This document shows, one piece after another, positions 44,686 through 54,115 of a DNA stretch of 64,000 nt. Position numbers and translations under genes: made by a program. Source of the DNA: an uncultured Chloroflexia bacterium (GTDB taxonomy: Bacteria > Chloroflexota > Limnocylindria > Limnocylindrales > CSP1-4); the NCBI GenBank assembly GCA_963713975.1, contig OY970218.1:832001-896000 (forward strand), read 5' to 3'. Position 1 is the first letter of the stretch. Every line of letters begins with the position of its first letter. The notes under the pieces were generated by a model. The model ran no database searches. It saw only the letters and a list, made by a program, of their open reading frames with translations, and was not told where the DNA came from.

Positions 44686-47600
44686 TCACCGCGAGCCGAT
44701 CCGGATGGGGATCGTGGTCGTGTTGGTCCCCCCACCGCTGTCCTTCGCCCTGATCCGGACGTTGCCCGTGCCGGCTGCCCCGGCGGCGACCTTGAACGTG
44801 GCGCGATACGTGCCGTCCGCCCGCCGCGTCGCGGTCACCTTCACCGCCGTGCGACCGGGCTGCGAGAACACGACCGTCGGCCGGGTCGACAGTGGCTCCA
44901 GGGTGGCAAAGCGGATGCGGAGGGCCTGGCCCGGGACCACCGTTGCGGGCGACGGCGAGACCGAGAACCCGGCCGCCCAGACCGGCCGGTCCAGCATCTG
45001 TTTTCCCACGGAGGAGGTCAGCGTGAGGCGGGCCATGTACCGTCCCTGCGGCGCCCATGACCCGTTCGCAAGTCGTCCGTCCCAGGTCCAGGAGTGCGAT
45101 CCCGCAGCCTGGCTCTTGCGGATCCACGCGGTTCGGACCAGGTTGCCCCCGGCATCGTAGAGGCGCAGGGTCGTCCGTCCGGAGCGGGTTGACCGCCACG
45201 TGAGCTCGGCGCGAGGACGGAGCGTGTCGGCATCCTGGGGGAAGAACCCGCCGGACCAGCGCAGGCTGCGCACCGTGCGGTCCACGACCACGCCCCTGCT
45301 CGTGACCCGCGTGTTGCCGACGGCGTCCCGGGTGCTCACCTTGACCGTGTACCTGCCGTCGGCGACCGCCTTGCCTGCTGCCGTGCGGCCGTCCCAGGTG
45401 GTGGACCAGTCGGTGGTGGCCCTGAACGTCCACGACCGGATCCTGGTGGCTCCCTTGTAGATGCGGACGGTGCCGCTCGCCTCCTCGTTGCTACTCCAGG
45501 CGAGGGCGGCGGCATCGGTGGCACCGTCACCATCGGGCGAGAAGGTGGCCGGGGAGACCCTGACCGCCAGCACGGGCCCCGTGGTATCCACGGTGACCGG
45601 GAAGCTGCGCGATGCCGGGTTGCCGACGCTGTCGAACAAGGAGAGCCTCACCGTGTAGTGACCGTCGGCCACTCGCTTGCCGGCGGCGCTCGTCCCGGAC
45701 CACGTGAGGGCGGCGGTCGCGCCTGTCCCATCGGCTGTCCGGACGGTGGAGCCGGCCGCGTTCGTCACCCGCGCCGTCCACCGGGTGGCCCCGCGGCCCC
45801 TGAGGGTCAGCTTGACCAAGTCCGTCGTCCCGTCGCCGTTGGGCGACAGCACCGTGGACGAGGCCGACATGGACACGACCTCGGGCGCCACGGTGTCGAC
45901 GGTGACGGCGTAAGTGGCCACCTGGGCTCCGGTCACGGGCCGGGCCGACGGCGCCGAATAGGTCTTCCCCGATGCCGTTCCCACCAGCTGTAGGACGTAG
46001 CGTCCGTCGGGCACGCGTGAGCCGCCGATCCTGCCATTCCACGACCATGCCCGGGCACCGGACGCACGCGCCGGCACGGCGACGGTGCCGGCAAGCGAAC
46101 CGTCCGCGCGATGGACCTTGAGCGTGAGCTTGTCCATCGTCCGGGTGCTGGTCCAGCGCAGCCGGATCGAATCACGGGAGCCGTCGCCATTCGGAGAGAG
46201 TGAGCGCCCGGCGATGGCCGGACCCGATGCACCGAGGAGGGACTTCCCGGCGCCGAAGTCCAGTCCGACCAGCCCCGCCTGGACGCGCGTGCTGTTGGGG
46301 GCGCGGTGGGCCGTCACGTGCGTCCCGGACGGCGATCGGGCCGCGATCCACACGCCGCGCTCCACGAAGGACACGGGGTTCCATTCCTTCACCGGCTGGG
46401 TGACCTCGTACCAGGCGTAGCCGCCGGAGACGACGGGGCCGCGGGTGATGGCCACGACGGTGGCCGCCGCCAGCGAGCCCAGCTTCGCGGCCGATGACCT
46501 GGGACCCGTCCGGTAGGCGAGACCGTTCGTCTTCACGATGCCGAAGCCGCCGGTCGCCAGGGACGGCGTGCCGTCCCAGCGGCTGGTGACGTTCCAGGCG
46601 CCGCTGTTGCCCCTGCCGTCCCGTGCGCGGACCCGGAAGGCATAGCCGACTCCGTCCTTGCCCAGCCACACGTTCGACGTGGCCCTGGTCGCGGTGAGCC
46701 ACGTCTTCCACGCTCCCCCGTTGGCAGAGACCTGGACGTCGTAGCTCACGACCTCGCCGGCTTCCTCGGCTCCCCAGGCGACGACGAAGCCCTCGTCGGG
46801 CTGCGCCGGACCGAGCAGCCGGATGCCCGCCTGCGGAGCGGACTTGTCGGGGAGAAACGCCTCGGCGAAGGCCCGGTAGAGCTCCGGGTGACCGCCGTCG
46901 TAGCCAAGGGCCCAGATGCCGGCGCCACGCAATCCGTAGTCGTTGACCATGGACAGGCGCAGCTTCATGGACTGGCCGTCGTCGTAGTAGACCTGGCGCC
47001 AGCTGGTCACGCACCCGTAGGTGCTGGTGCAGTTCTGGCGCCGGTACACGATGTACGGGCTCTGCTCTGCCGAGTCCCAGCGGCGGCCGTACTTGTCCAC
47101 CAGGGCGGTGAGGCTCTCGTAGTTGACGGCGGTGCTGTAGCCGTACTTCAAGCCACTCTGGCTGGTGGAGCGCGCGGCATCGGTCTTGGTCGACCAGGCT
47201 CGGCCGTACCAGGGAAGGCCCAGGATCAAGCGCGACGGACTCACCCGTGCCGTGTACGAGCGCACGGTGTCGGCCAGGTCGTACGTGGACCCCGACAGCG
47301 GGTCGATGGAGCCCGCCGTCCCGGAGCCCGAGATGCGGTAGTCGTAGCCCATGACGAAGATCGCATCGGCTGCCCCGGGTTTCACGGAGGCCTCCAGCGG
47401 ATAGTTCCCGATGTACCCCGTCGTGTCGTAGGTCAGCTGGTAGCCGCGCTTGACCTTGTTCAGCTCGCTGCGCACGGCCCTCAGGAGGAGCACGAACTCG
47501 TCGGCATAGCCCGAGGCGAGGGGCTCGAAGTCCAGGTTGACACCGTCGGCGCCGCGGTCCCGGACGGCGGCCGCGACCTGCCTCGCCAGGTTGCGTCGCG

Positions 47601-48468
47601 CAGCGGAGCTGCCCAGGATCGACCTCTGGACCGCCGCCTGGGACGAGGTCCAGGCAAAGGCGGACACGGTCAGGACGACCCTGGTGCCGCGCTGGTGCGC
47701 GGCGTTGATCACGGACGTCATGTTGGAGCTGGTCCAGCCGCCCCATCCCGTGGTGGTGCTGCCGTCGGCGGACTTCTTCTTGAGGTCGCCCTTGCCGTTG
47801 GCGCCCACGGAGAAGTAGGCGATAGTCGAGAGGACGTCGTAGTTGAGCTTGGTCGAAGCGCCGGAGAGCTCCCAGTAGGGCAGGAACCCGAAGACCTGGC
47901 GGCGGAGCCCGGCGGCGGCCGCAAGGTCGACGGCGTCATCGACCGGCGCGGTGTAGCCGACGGCGGACGCCGGCGCCGCCACCTCGGCGGCCGGGGCATC
48001 AACCGGCGAGGACGCCGGGGCCGCAAGCATCAGCGGGCCTACCGGAAGGCGATTGTCGCCGGCCGCCCCGGGGACGACGTCGCTGCCGTCGGGCCCCGCA
48101 TCGCTGCGAGTCACACCTGCCCAGCTGCTCCCCTGGGCGCTGGCTGCCATCTCGCGACCGGTGGCACGTCCACCGGGAAGGGCAGCCGGGGCGCGGCCAT
48201 CGACCGGCCAGCGGTCGGCGGAGCGCGGCTTGAAGCCCACCGAGACGATCCCGCCGGGCCGGAAGACGATCTTGTCGCCCTCATGCGCCACGGCCTCCTC
48301 GTAGGCGATGGACGGGACGAGCCCGGGTGCGCTCGCGTCGGGACCGGCGGGAGCCGGGTCGCCTGCGACGGCGACGGGCGGCGGCAGCAGGCCGGCGAGC
48401 AGCGTCGCGGCGAGGATCGCGGCGGCGATGGCGGAGAAGCGACGGGCTTCCGATCGGGATCCGGACAC
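44686..48468 (-). CDS. large secreted GH18 glycoside hydrolase with FN3/SH3-like and FlgD-Ig repeats
   Basis: Signal peptide; VFGFLPYW, ADGVNLDFE (catalytic DxE), VMGYD, LGLPWYG, GAGIWALG; repeated SPNGDG/SPDGDG...WxG...DGxY modules. Confidence 0.88.
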   Translation of the reverse strand: MSGSRSEARRFSAIAAAILAATLLAGLLPPPVAVAGDPAPAGPDASAPGLVPSIAYEEAVAHEGDKIVFRPGGIVSVGFKPRSADRWPVDGRAPAALPGGRATGREMAASAQGSSWAGVTRSDAGPDGSDVVPGAAGDNRLPVGPLMLAAPASSPVDAPAAEVAAPASAVGYTAPVDDAVDLAAAAGLRRQVFGFLPYWELSGASTKLNYDVLSTIAYFSVGANGKGDLKKKSADGSTTTGWGGWTSSNMTSVINAAHQRGTRVVLTVSAFAWTSSQAAVQRSILGSSAARRNLARQVAAAVRDRGADGVNLDFEPLASGYADEFVLLLRAVRSELNKVKRGYQLTYDTTGYIGNYPLEASVKPGAADAIFVMGYDYRISGSGTAGSIDPLSGSTYDLADTVRSYTARVSPSRLILGLPWYGRAWSTKTDAARSTSQSGLKYGYSTAVNYESLTALVDKYGRRWDSAEQSPYIVYRRQNCTSTYGCVTSWRQVYYDDGQSMKLRLSMVNDYGLRGAGIWALGYDGGHPELYRAFAEAFLPDKSAPQAGIRLLGPAQPDEGFVVAWGAEEAGEVVSYDVQVSANGGAWKTWLTATRATSNVWLGKDGVGYAFRVRARDGRGNSGAWNVTSRWDGTPSLATGGFGIVKTNGLAYRTGPRSSAAKLGSLAAATVVAITRGPVVSGGYAWYEVTQPVKEWNPVSFVERGVWIAARSPSGTHVTAHRAPNSTRVQAGLVGLDFGAGKSLLGASGPAIAGRSLSPNGDGSRDSIRLRWTSTRTMDKLTLKVHRADGSLAGTVAVPARASGARAWSWNGRIGGSRVPDGRYVLQLVGTASGKTYSAPSARPVTGAQVATYAVTVDTVAPEVVSMSASSTVLSPNGDGTTDLVKLTLRGRGATRWTARVTNAAGSTVRTADGTGATAALTWSGTSAAGKRVADGHYTVRLSLFDSVGNPASRSFPVTVDTTGPVLAVRVSPATFSPDGDGATDAAALAWSSNEEASGTVRIYKGATRIRSWTFRATTDWSTTWDGRTAAGKAVADGRYTVKVSTRDAVGNTRVTSRGVVVDRTVRSLRWSGGFFPQDADTLRPRAELTWRSTRSGRTTLRLYDAGGNLVRTAWIRKSQAAGSHSWTWDGRLANGSWAPQGRYMARLTLTSSVGKQMLDRPVWAAGFSVSPSPATVVPGQALRIRFATLEPLSTRPTVVFSQPGRTAVKVTATRRADGTYRATFKVAAGAAGTGNVRIRAKDSGGGTNTTTIPIRIGSR

Positions 48469-48753
48469 GGCGCTCCTCGACAGCAGGACCTCGCGCCGCC
48501 CGCCTGACCGCGGGGCCGCAAGCCGGCCGGGTGCTCCACGCTGCGGAGCGGTTGCGTACCGGCAGGACCCTCAACGTACGGTCGGCGCCGCCGGACGCCC
48601 ACCCCTCCATGGTCCCGGTGGCACCCGGTACGGTGGGGTGACGGATGGTCTGGTGCGGTCAGGTCGAGTCGGTGGCCACGCGACCACGGGACCGCTGGAC
48701 CCAGGTGGACGCGGAGTCCGCGACCGGTCCCGGTCAGCCCGCGATGGCGCCCG

Positions 48754-51045
48754 TCAGTGGAGCGGCAGGTAGCGGTTCGACGCCTGCGTCGAGCGGTGGC
48801 TGTCCACGGCCGTCACGCGGAGTCGAATGGTCCCGGCCTTGCTGCTCTTCAGCGTCACCGTGGCCCGGTAGACCCGCGTGCCCACCTTCTTCATCGTCAC
48901 GCTCCATGCATTGGCGCCGGGCTGGTAGATGCGCAGCTTGGGGGTTCCGCCCAGGGCCTCGGCGCTGGTCGCGGTCACGGTCAGCCGCTGCCGCCGTCCC
49001 GGGGTCGTGTCGGAGACGACGATCTTGAACGCATCGGCGAGCACGTCGACGCGCTGCGTGGCGCTGAAGGTGCCGTCCGTGGCGGTCACGACCGAGCGGT
49101 ACGTGCCGCGCGGGACCACGGCGCCGGCATCGTTCCTGCCGCTCCACGTGAAGGTCTGGGTGCCTGCAGCCAGCGCCTGTCCGACCTTGATCGTCCGCAC
49201 GACGAGGCCCTTCGAGTCCTGGACGGTCCAGTCCACGGTGGCCGCAGACCGCAACCGGAAGGTAAGCGAGGTCGAGCGCGCGAGTGAGTCGCCGTCCTGC
49301 GGGAAGAAGGCGGACCTGGAGGCTGCCACGTAGCCCAGCGCGCCGAACACCGCGACCGCGCGGGTCTGTGTATCGCTCCGATTGCCTGCCCGGTCCTCCG
49401 CCACGAACGACACCTTGTACGTGCCGTCGCCCACCACGGCCCCGCCCGTGTCGCGACCGTCCCAGGTCAGCGTGGCCGGAGCCGTGCCGGTCGTGATCGA
49501 GACGCGATCGACGACCGTGCCGTCGGCGTCCTTCACGGTCGCGATGACCGAGCCAGGCTCGCTGGCCCGCACCGCAAACCCGATCGTGTCGCCGGCCTTG
49601 TCGCCGTTCGGCGAGAACTGCGGCGTGGGTCCGTCCGCGTCCGCCACGGAGACGTCCGGGGCGGTCGTGTCGACCGCGATCTCGCCGGTGGTCTCGAGCG
49701 GGCCGTTGTCCCAGCCGTCGACTGCCTCGAGCTCCCACCGGTATCGACCGTCCACAACAGCGCCGGCCGCGGGTGACCAGGTGAGCGACGCGGTGTCCGA
49801 GGAGCCGGTCTTCGACGCGAGCTTGTTGCCGTCGGCGTCCACGATCTGGAGCTTCCACGCCGCCGACTCCGACATGCGGATCGAGAGCGGAAGGGTGTCC
49901 TGGGCGCCGTCGCCGTTGGGCGAGAACGTACCTGCGGCATCGTCGACCTCCCAGACCCTCGGTGCCGCGCTATCGCGCGGGATCAGGGCTGCGCCGGTCA
50001 TCCAGCCCGCGATGTCGCCGCTGTGCACCCGGTAGACGGGCGAGCCATCGACCGCCGATGTCGCCGGCTCGACGGAGTCGACGCGAACCCTGGCGGTGTT
50101 GGGGAGCGTGGCCACCGGGTCCGCGCCGGCGACCGCCGACTCCACGGACCCGTACACCGGGGAGCCGTCCGGGAGCGGGCTGGCGTTGCCCGGGACGAGC
50201 AGCGTCGCCGGATCGACGGACGTGTCAGCGTAGGGGGCGCCCGTGACGTCCTGGGTCCGCAGCGACATCTTCCCCGCGATGGACCGGTAGTAGCTGCCGG
50301 CCTTCTCCGGATCCATCTGGAACGTGGAGCCCGGATTCCGCGCGGACGCGTACGTCGACACGTTGTCGTTGGCGTCCGGGGCGTTGCGCCAGTACTCGTC
50401 GATGGTCTGGCGAGCCGTGAACAGGGCGCGGATGTAGTACGGATCGTGGCTGTGACCGTTGGCGACCACCGCGCGGGCTCCCGCCTGCAGGAACGCGGCA
50501 GCGTAGTTGTCCACCCGCTGCTTGGCCTTCGACAGCGACGGCTCGGAGGCCCCGGACTCCGGGTTGCCGGACGCATAGCAGAGGTGGAACAGGAGCACCA
50601 CCGCGTTGGGGGCCGGTCGCAGGTCACGGATCCACGGCTCGCCGTAGTACTTGTTCTCGGAGTCCGTGGTCTTGCCGTCGCCGTTGAGGTCGGCGTTGAG
50701 CCCGAAGCCGTCCTTGGTCGTGTAGTTCGGATCGAACGTGTACGGGCTTGGCCAGCCATTGCCGTGACCCAGGTACACGATGATCGAGGCACCGGCGACC
50801 GCAGCCTTCACCTTCGAGGCCGTCGCGCCGGGGCTGTACACGCGCACGACGGAGCTCGTGTACTTGATCGCCTCCTTGTAGACCTGGTCCGCGTAGGAGC
50901 GGTAGGTGGGCGTCGTGCCGTGGGTCGCGCCCACGATGATGGCCACCTTGACGCCGGATGCGGCGTTCGCCGCCGGGGCTGTCGGGGTGACGGTGCCGAG
51001 ACCGGCGATCAGGACGGCAGCGAGGGCGATCAGGGGCTTGCGCAA
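48754..51045 (-). CDS. secreted protein with His/Cys (caspase/gingipain-fold-like) N-terminal domain and FlgD-Ig repeats
   Basis: TTG start after GGAG; signal peptide; YLGHGNG and LLFHLCYASG; FSPNGDG, FSPNGDK and FFPQDGD modules. Confidence 0.8.
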   Translation of the reverse strand: MRKPLIALAAVLIAGLGTVTPTAPAANAASGVKVAIIVGATHGTTPTYRSYADQVYKEAIKYTSSVVRVYSPGATASKVKAAVAGASIIVYLGHGNGWPSPYTFDPNYTTKDGFGLNADLNGDGKTTDSENKYYGEPWIRDLRPAPNAVVLLFHLCYASGNPESGASEPSLSKAKQRVDNYAAAFLQAGARAVVANGHSHDPYYIRALFTARQTIDEYWRNAPDANDNVSTYASARNPGSTFQMDPEKAGSYYRSIAGKMSLRTQDVTGAPYADTSVDPATLLVPGNASPLPDGSPVYGSVESAVAGADPVATLPNTARVRVDSVEPATSAVDGSPVYRVHSGDIAGWMTGAALIPRDSAAPRVWEVDDAAGTFSPNGDGAQDTLPLSIRMSESAAWKLQIVDADGNKLASKTGSSDTASLTWSPAAGAVVDGRYRWELEAVDGWDNGPLETTGEIAVDTTAPDVSVADADGPTPQFSPNGDKAGDTIGFAVRASEPGSVIATVKDADGTVVDRVSITTGTAPATLTWDGRDTGGAVVGDGTYKVSFVAEDRAGNRSDTQTRAVAVFGALGYVAASRSAFFPQDGDSLARSTSLTFRLRSAATVDWTVQDSKGLVVRTIKVGQALAAGTQTFTWSGRNDAGAVVPRGTYRSVVTATDGTFSATQRVDVLADAFKIVVSDTTPGRRQRLTVTATSAEALGGTPKLRIYQPGANAWSVTMKKVGTRVYRATVTLKSSKAGTIRLRVTAVDSHRSTQASNRYLPLH

Positions 51046-51272
51046 TGGATCAGCTCCGGAGTGGGCGACGGCCGGAGGACGATGACCAGTCGCCGGATGA
51101 GTGCCCACCCAGACTCGTCGCGCCCGTGCGCAAGCTCAATCGCGGGATGGTCAGGGCGGTCGTGGCCCTTTCGACCCGCCTTTGGTGGAGTAGAGGTGGG
51201 TCAGGCCCAGAACGGGGCGGTTCGACCCGGCCCCGTGCGGTGCCGGCGTGGTGCCAGCACGAACCGGACCGG

Positions 51273-52199
51273 TCAGTCCCGCGGCAGGGAGCGGAGAAGG
51301 GCCGGCACCGCGTGGGCGAACGCCTCGCGCCAGTCGCGCATTGGCTGGCCCGAGGGAAGCGGCGTAGGCTCGAGGACTCCCCAGGCCGGCGGCGTCGACG
51401 CGCGTGACCAGGCGCTGCCCGGGACCTCGACCAGCTCGACATCGATCCCGGTCGCGCGGATCACCTCGCGCGCCCACTCGGCACGGGAGGCGTGGCCGGC
51501 ATTGACCAGGTGGTGGATACGAGGCGGCGCGCCGTCGGGGCACAGCTCGTCCTCTGCGATCAGCTCCACGATGGCCTCGGCGACATCCGGGGCATACGTC
51601 GGGCAGCCGATCTCGTCCCCCACCACGCGCAACGGCTCGCCCGCCGCCCTGGCCCGCATGGCCGCGCCCGCGATCCTCACCGGGAAGTCGTTGCCGGGCG
51701 GCCCATGGAGCCACGAGGTGCGGATGATCGCAAACGGCGAGCCGCCGTCCTCGAACATGGCGTCGTAGGCGAGCTCCTCGCCCTCGAGCTTGCTCACGCC
51801 GTAGGCGTTGATGGGGTCCGGCGGATCGTGGGGCGCATAGCCGCGGCCGTCGGTCCGGCGGCCATCGAACACCTCGTTGGTGGAGACGAGGGCGAGGCTC
51901 ACTCCCTGGTCGGCGCAGGCCTTGGCGATCCTGCCGCTCGCATGCCCGTTGCGGAGCATGGCGAGGGCGGGGTCGAGGGCACAGCCGTCGACGTCCGTCC
52001 AGGCGGCGGCGTGGATGACGAGCTCCGGCCGATCGATCTCGATCAGGCGGACGATCGAGTCGACCGTCACGCTGTCGAGGTCCAGGTCAGGCCTCGACCA
52101 CCCGATGGGACCGAACGCCCCCGTGAACGGCGCCTCCTCCAGCGCCTCGACCAGCGCCCGGCCCAACCGTCCGCGGGCTCCCGTGACGGCGACACGCAT
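51273..52199 (-). CDS. rfbD: dTDP-4-dehydrorhamnose reductase family protein
   Basis: VTGARGRLG, HAAAWTDVDGC, STNEVFDG, PINAYGVSK, RTSWLHG, GCPTY. Confidence 0.88.
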   Translation of the reverse strand: MRVAVTGARGRLGRALVEALEEAPFTGAFGPIGWSRPDLDLDSVTVDSIVRLIEIDRPELVIHAAAWTDVDGCALDPALAMLRNGHASGRIAKACADQGVSLALVSTNEVFDGRRTDGRGYAPHDPPDPINAYGVSKLEGEELAYDAMFEDGGSPFAIIRTSWLHGPPGNDFPVRIAGAAMRARAAGEPLRVVGDEIGCPTYAPDVAEAIVELIAEDELCPDGAPPRIHHLVNAGHASRAEWAREVIRATGIDVELVEVPGSAWSRASTPPAWGVLEPTPLPSGQPMRDWREAFAHAVPALLRSLPRD

Positions 52200-52202
52200 C
52201 GG

Positions 52203-53297
52203 TCAGGCCCCGGTTACCGCGCGACCGGCCGTCAGGCGCTGCCCGTACTGCCGCGCGTAGTACGCGTCCCAGTCGCCGCTGCGCGCGCCTGCCACCCACG
52301 CCGCATGGTCGCGATACCAGGAGACGGTCGCCTCGAGCCCGTGCTCGAACGTGGTGCGCGGCCTCCAGCCCAGGGCCGCCAGCTTCGAGCCGTCCATCGC
52401 GTACCGTCGGTCGTGCCCGGGTCGATCCGGAACCGTGCGGACCAGCGACCAGTCCCGACCGGCGGCGGCAAGCAAGCGCCCGATGACCTCGCGGTTGGGC
52501 AGCTCCGTGCCTCCGGCGACGTTGTAGACCTCGCCCGGATCGCCGTTCCGGAGCACGAACTCGATCGCAACCGCGTGATCGGATACGTGGAGCCAGTCGC
52601 GAACCTGCATCCCGTCGCCATACATGGGAAGGGGTTCCCCCGCGAGGGCGTTCGTGGTGAACAGCGGCACCAGCTTCTCGGGATGCTGGTAGGGGCCGTA
52701 GGTATTGGAGCCTCGCGTGGTCACGACGTCAAGACCGTAGGTCACGTGGTAAGCCCGCACGAGGAGCTCGCCCGCGGCCTTGGCGGCGGCGTACGGGCTG
52801 CGCGGGGCCAGGACATCCGACTCCACGCTGCGGCCGACCGGGATGTCGCCGTACACCTCGTCCGTGCTGACCTGGAGGAAGCGTGGGGCGGTCGACCGCT
52901 CTCCCGCCGCCGCTCGCGCGGCCTCATGGCGGGCAGCCTCCAGCAGCACGTGCACGCCGATGACGCCCGTCCGCAGGAACGCCTCCGGGTCCAGGATCGA
53001 GCGGTCGACATGGGTCTCGGCGGCCACGTTGAGGATCGCGTCCGCACGTGCCGCCAGGGGCGCCACGCTCTCGGCGTCCGCGATGTCCCCGTGGACGAAC
53101 GCAAACCGCGCGGCCTGCTCCTCGTCGGCCTCGACCGAGGCCAGGTTGGCGCGGTTGCCGGCATAGGTGAGCAGGTCCAGGACCGTGATCCGCGTCCCAT
53201 CGCGGCGGGCCATGATCCCGCGGACCAGCTCCGAGCCGATGAACCCGGCACCGCCCGTGACCAGCAGGTGCGCGCCCGCGCCGATGCGGTCGGTCAT
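52203..53297 (-). CDS. rfbB: dTDP-glucose 4,6-dehydratase
   Basis: VTGGAGFIGS, DLLTYAGN, AAETHVDRSI, VSTDEVYG, SPYAAAKA, YGPYQHPEK, DRPGHDRRY. Confidence 0.95.
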   Translation of the reverse strand: MTDRIGAGAHLLVTGGAGFIGSELVRGIMARRDGTRITVLDLLTYAGNRANLASVEADEEQAARFAFVHGDIADAESVAPLAARADAILNVAAETHVDRSILDPEAFLRTGVIGVHVLLEAARHEAARAAAGERSTAPRFLQVSTDEVYGDIPVGRSVESDVLAPRSPYAAAKAAGELLVRAYHVTYGLDVVTTRGSNTYGPYQHPEKLVPLFTTNALAGEPLPMYGDGMQVRDWLHVSDHAVAIEFVLRNGDPGEVYNVAGGTELPNREVIGRLLAAAGRDWSLVRTVPDRPGHDRRYAMDGSKLAALGWRPRTTFEHGLEATVSWYRDHAAWVAGARSGDWDAYYARQYGQRLTAGRAVTGA

Positions 53298-54061
53298 GCC
53301 GGATCGCCGGGGCGACCCACGGGGGGCGGCAGGGTGCCGGCGAGGTCCTCGGCCTCGGCCAGCTCCGCTGCGCGCAGCAGGCTGGAGACCGTTCCGGCAT
53401 CCGTCCACTGGCCCTCGTACACCTCGGTGAACAGGCCGCCGCCGGGGATGTAGTGGTTGAGCACGTCGGTGATCTCGAACTCGCCGCGACCCGACGGGGC
53501 CAGGCCCTCGATGACGTCGAACGCCCCGGGGCGCAGGAAGTAGACGCCGATCGGGATCAGGTCGCTCTTGGGGTGCTCGGGCTTCTCCTCGAACCCCAGC
53601 ACGCGACCGCGGGCATCGAGTTCGGCGACGCCGAACCGCCCGGGGTCAGGCACACGGTAGAGGAGCGTTCCGGCGCCCCACGGACCCGCTTCGAAGGAGC
53701 GTGCCGTGGCCTCCTGCGGCGCGCCACGGAGGATGTTGTCGCCGAGGACGACGCAGAACGCGTCATCGCCGATGAAGTCCCGCGCGAGACCAATCCCGTG
53801 CGCGATCCCCAGGGCGCCGCGCTGGTAGCGGTAGGTGAGGTCGAGACCGAACTGGCGGCCGTCGCCCAGCAGCTCCACGATATCGCCCACGCTCTTGCCG
53901 CCGACGATGACCATGACCTCCCGGATCCCCATCCCCGCCAGCGTGTCCAGCGGGTAGTAGATCATCGGCCGGTCGTAGATCGGCAGCAGGTGCTTGTTGG
54001 TGACGATCGTGAGCGGGAACAGCCGCGTGGCCGTGCCACCCGCAAGGACAAGGCCCTTCAT
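53294..54061 (-). CDS. rfbA: glucose-1-phosphate thymidylyltransferase family
   Basis: KGLVLAGGTATRLFPLT, NKHLLPIYDRPMIYYP, LGDNI, EEKP, PSGRGEFEITD, WTDAGT. Confidence 0.9.
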   Translation of the reverse strand: MKGLVLAGGTATRLFPLTIVTNKHLLPIYDRPMIYYPLDTLAGMGIREVMVIVGGKSVGDIVELLGDGRQFGLDLTYRYQRGALGIAHGIGLARDFIGDDAFCVVLGDNILRGAPQEATARSFEAGPWGAGTLLYRVPDPGRFGVAELDARGRVLGFEEKPEHPKSDLIPIGVYFLRPGAFDVIEGLAPSGRGEFEITDVLNHYIPGGGLFTEVYEGQWTDAGTVSSLLRAAELAEAEDLAGTLPPPVGRPGDPA

Positions 54062-54115
54062 CGGGCAGAGCGTAGCAGGGCACGTGCCGGCCCCCGCGGC
54101 GGGTGCGCCTCCGCC

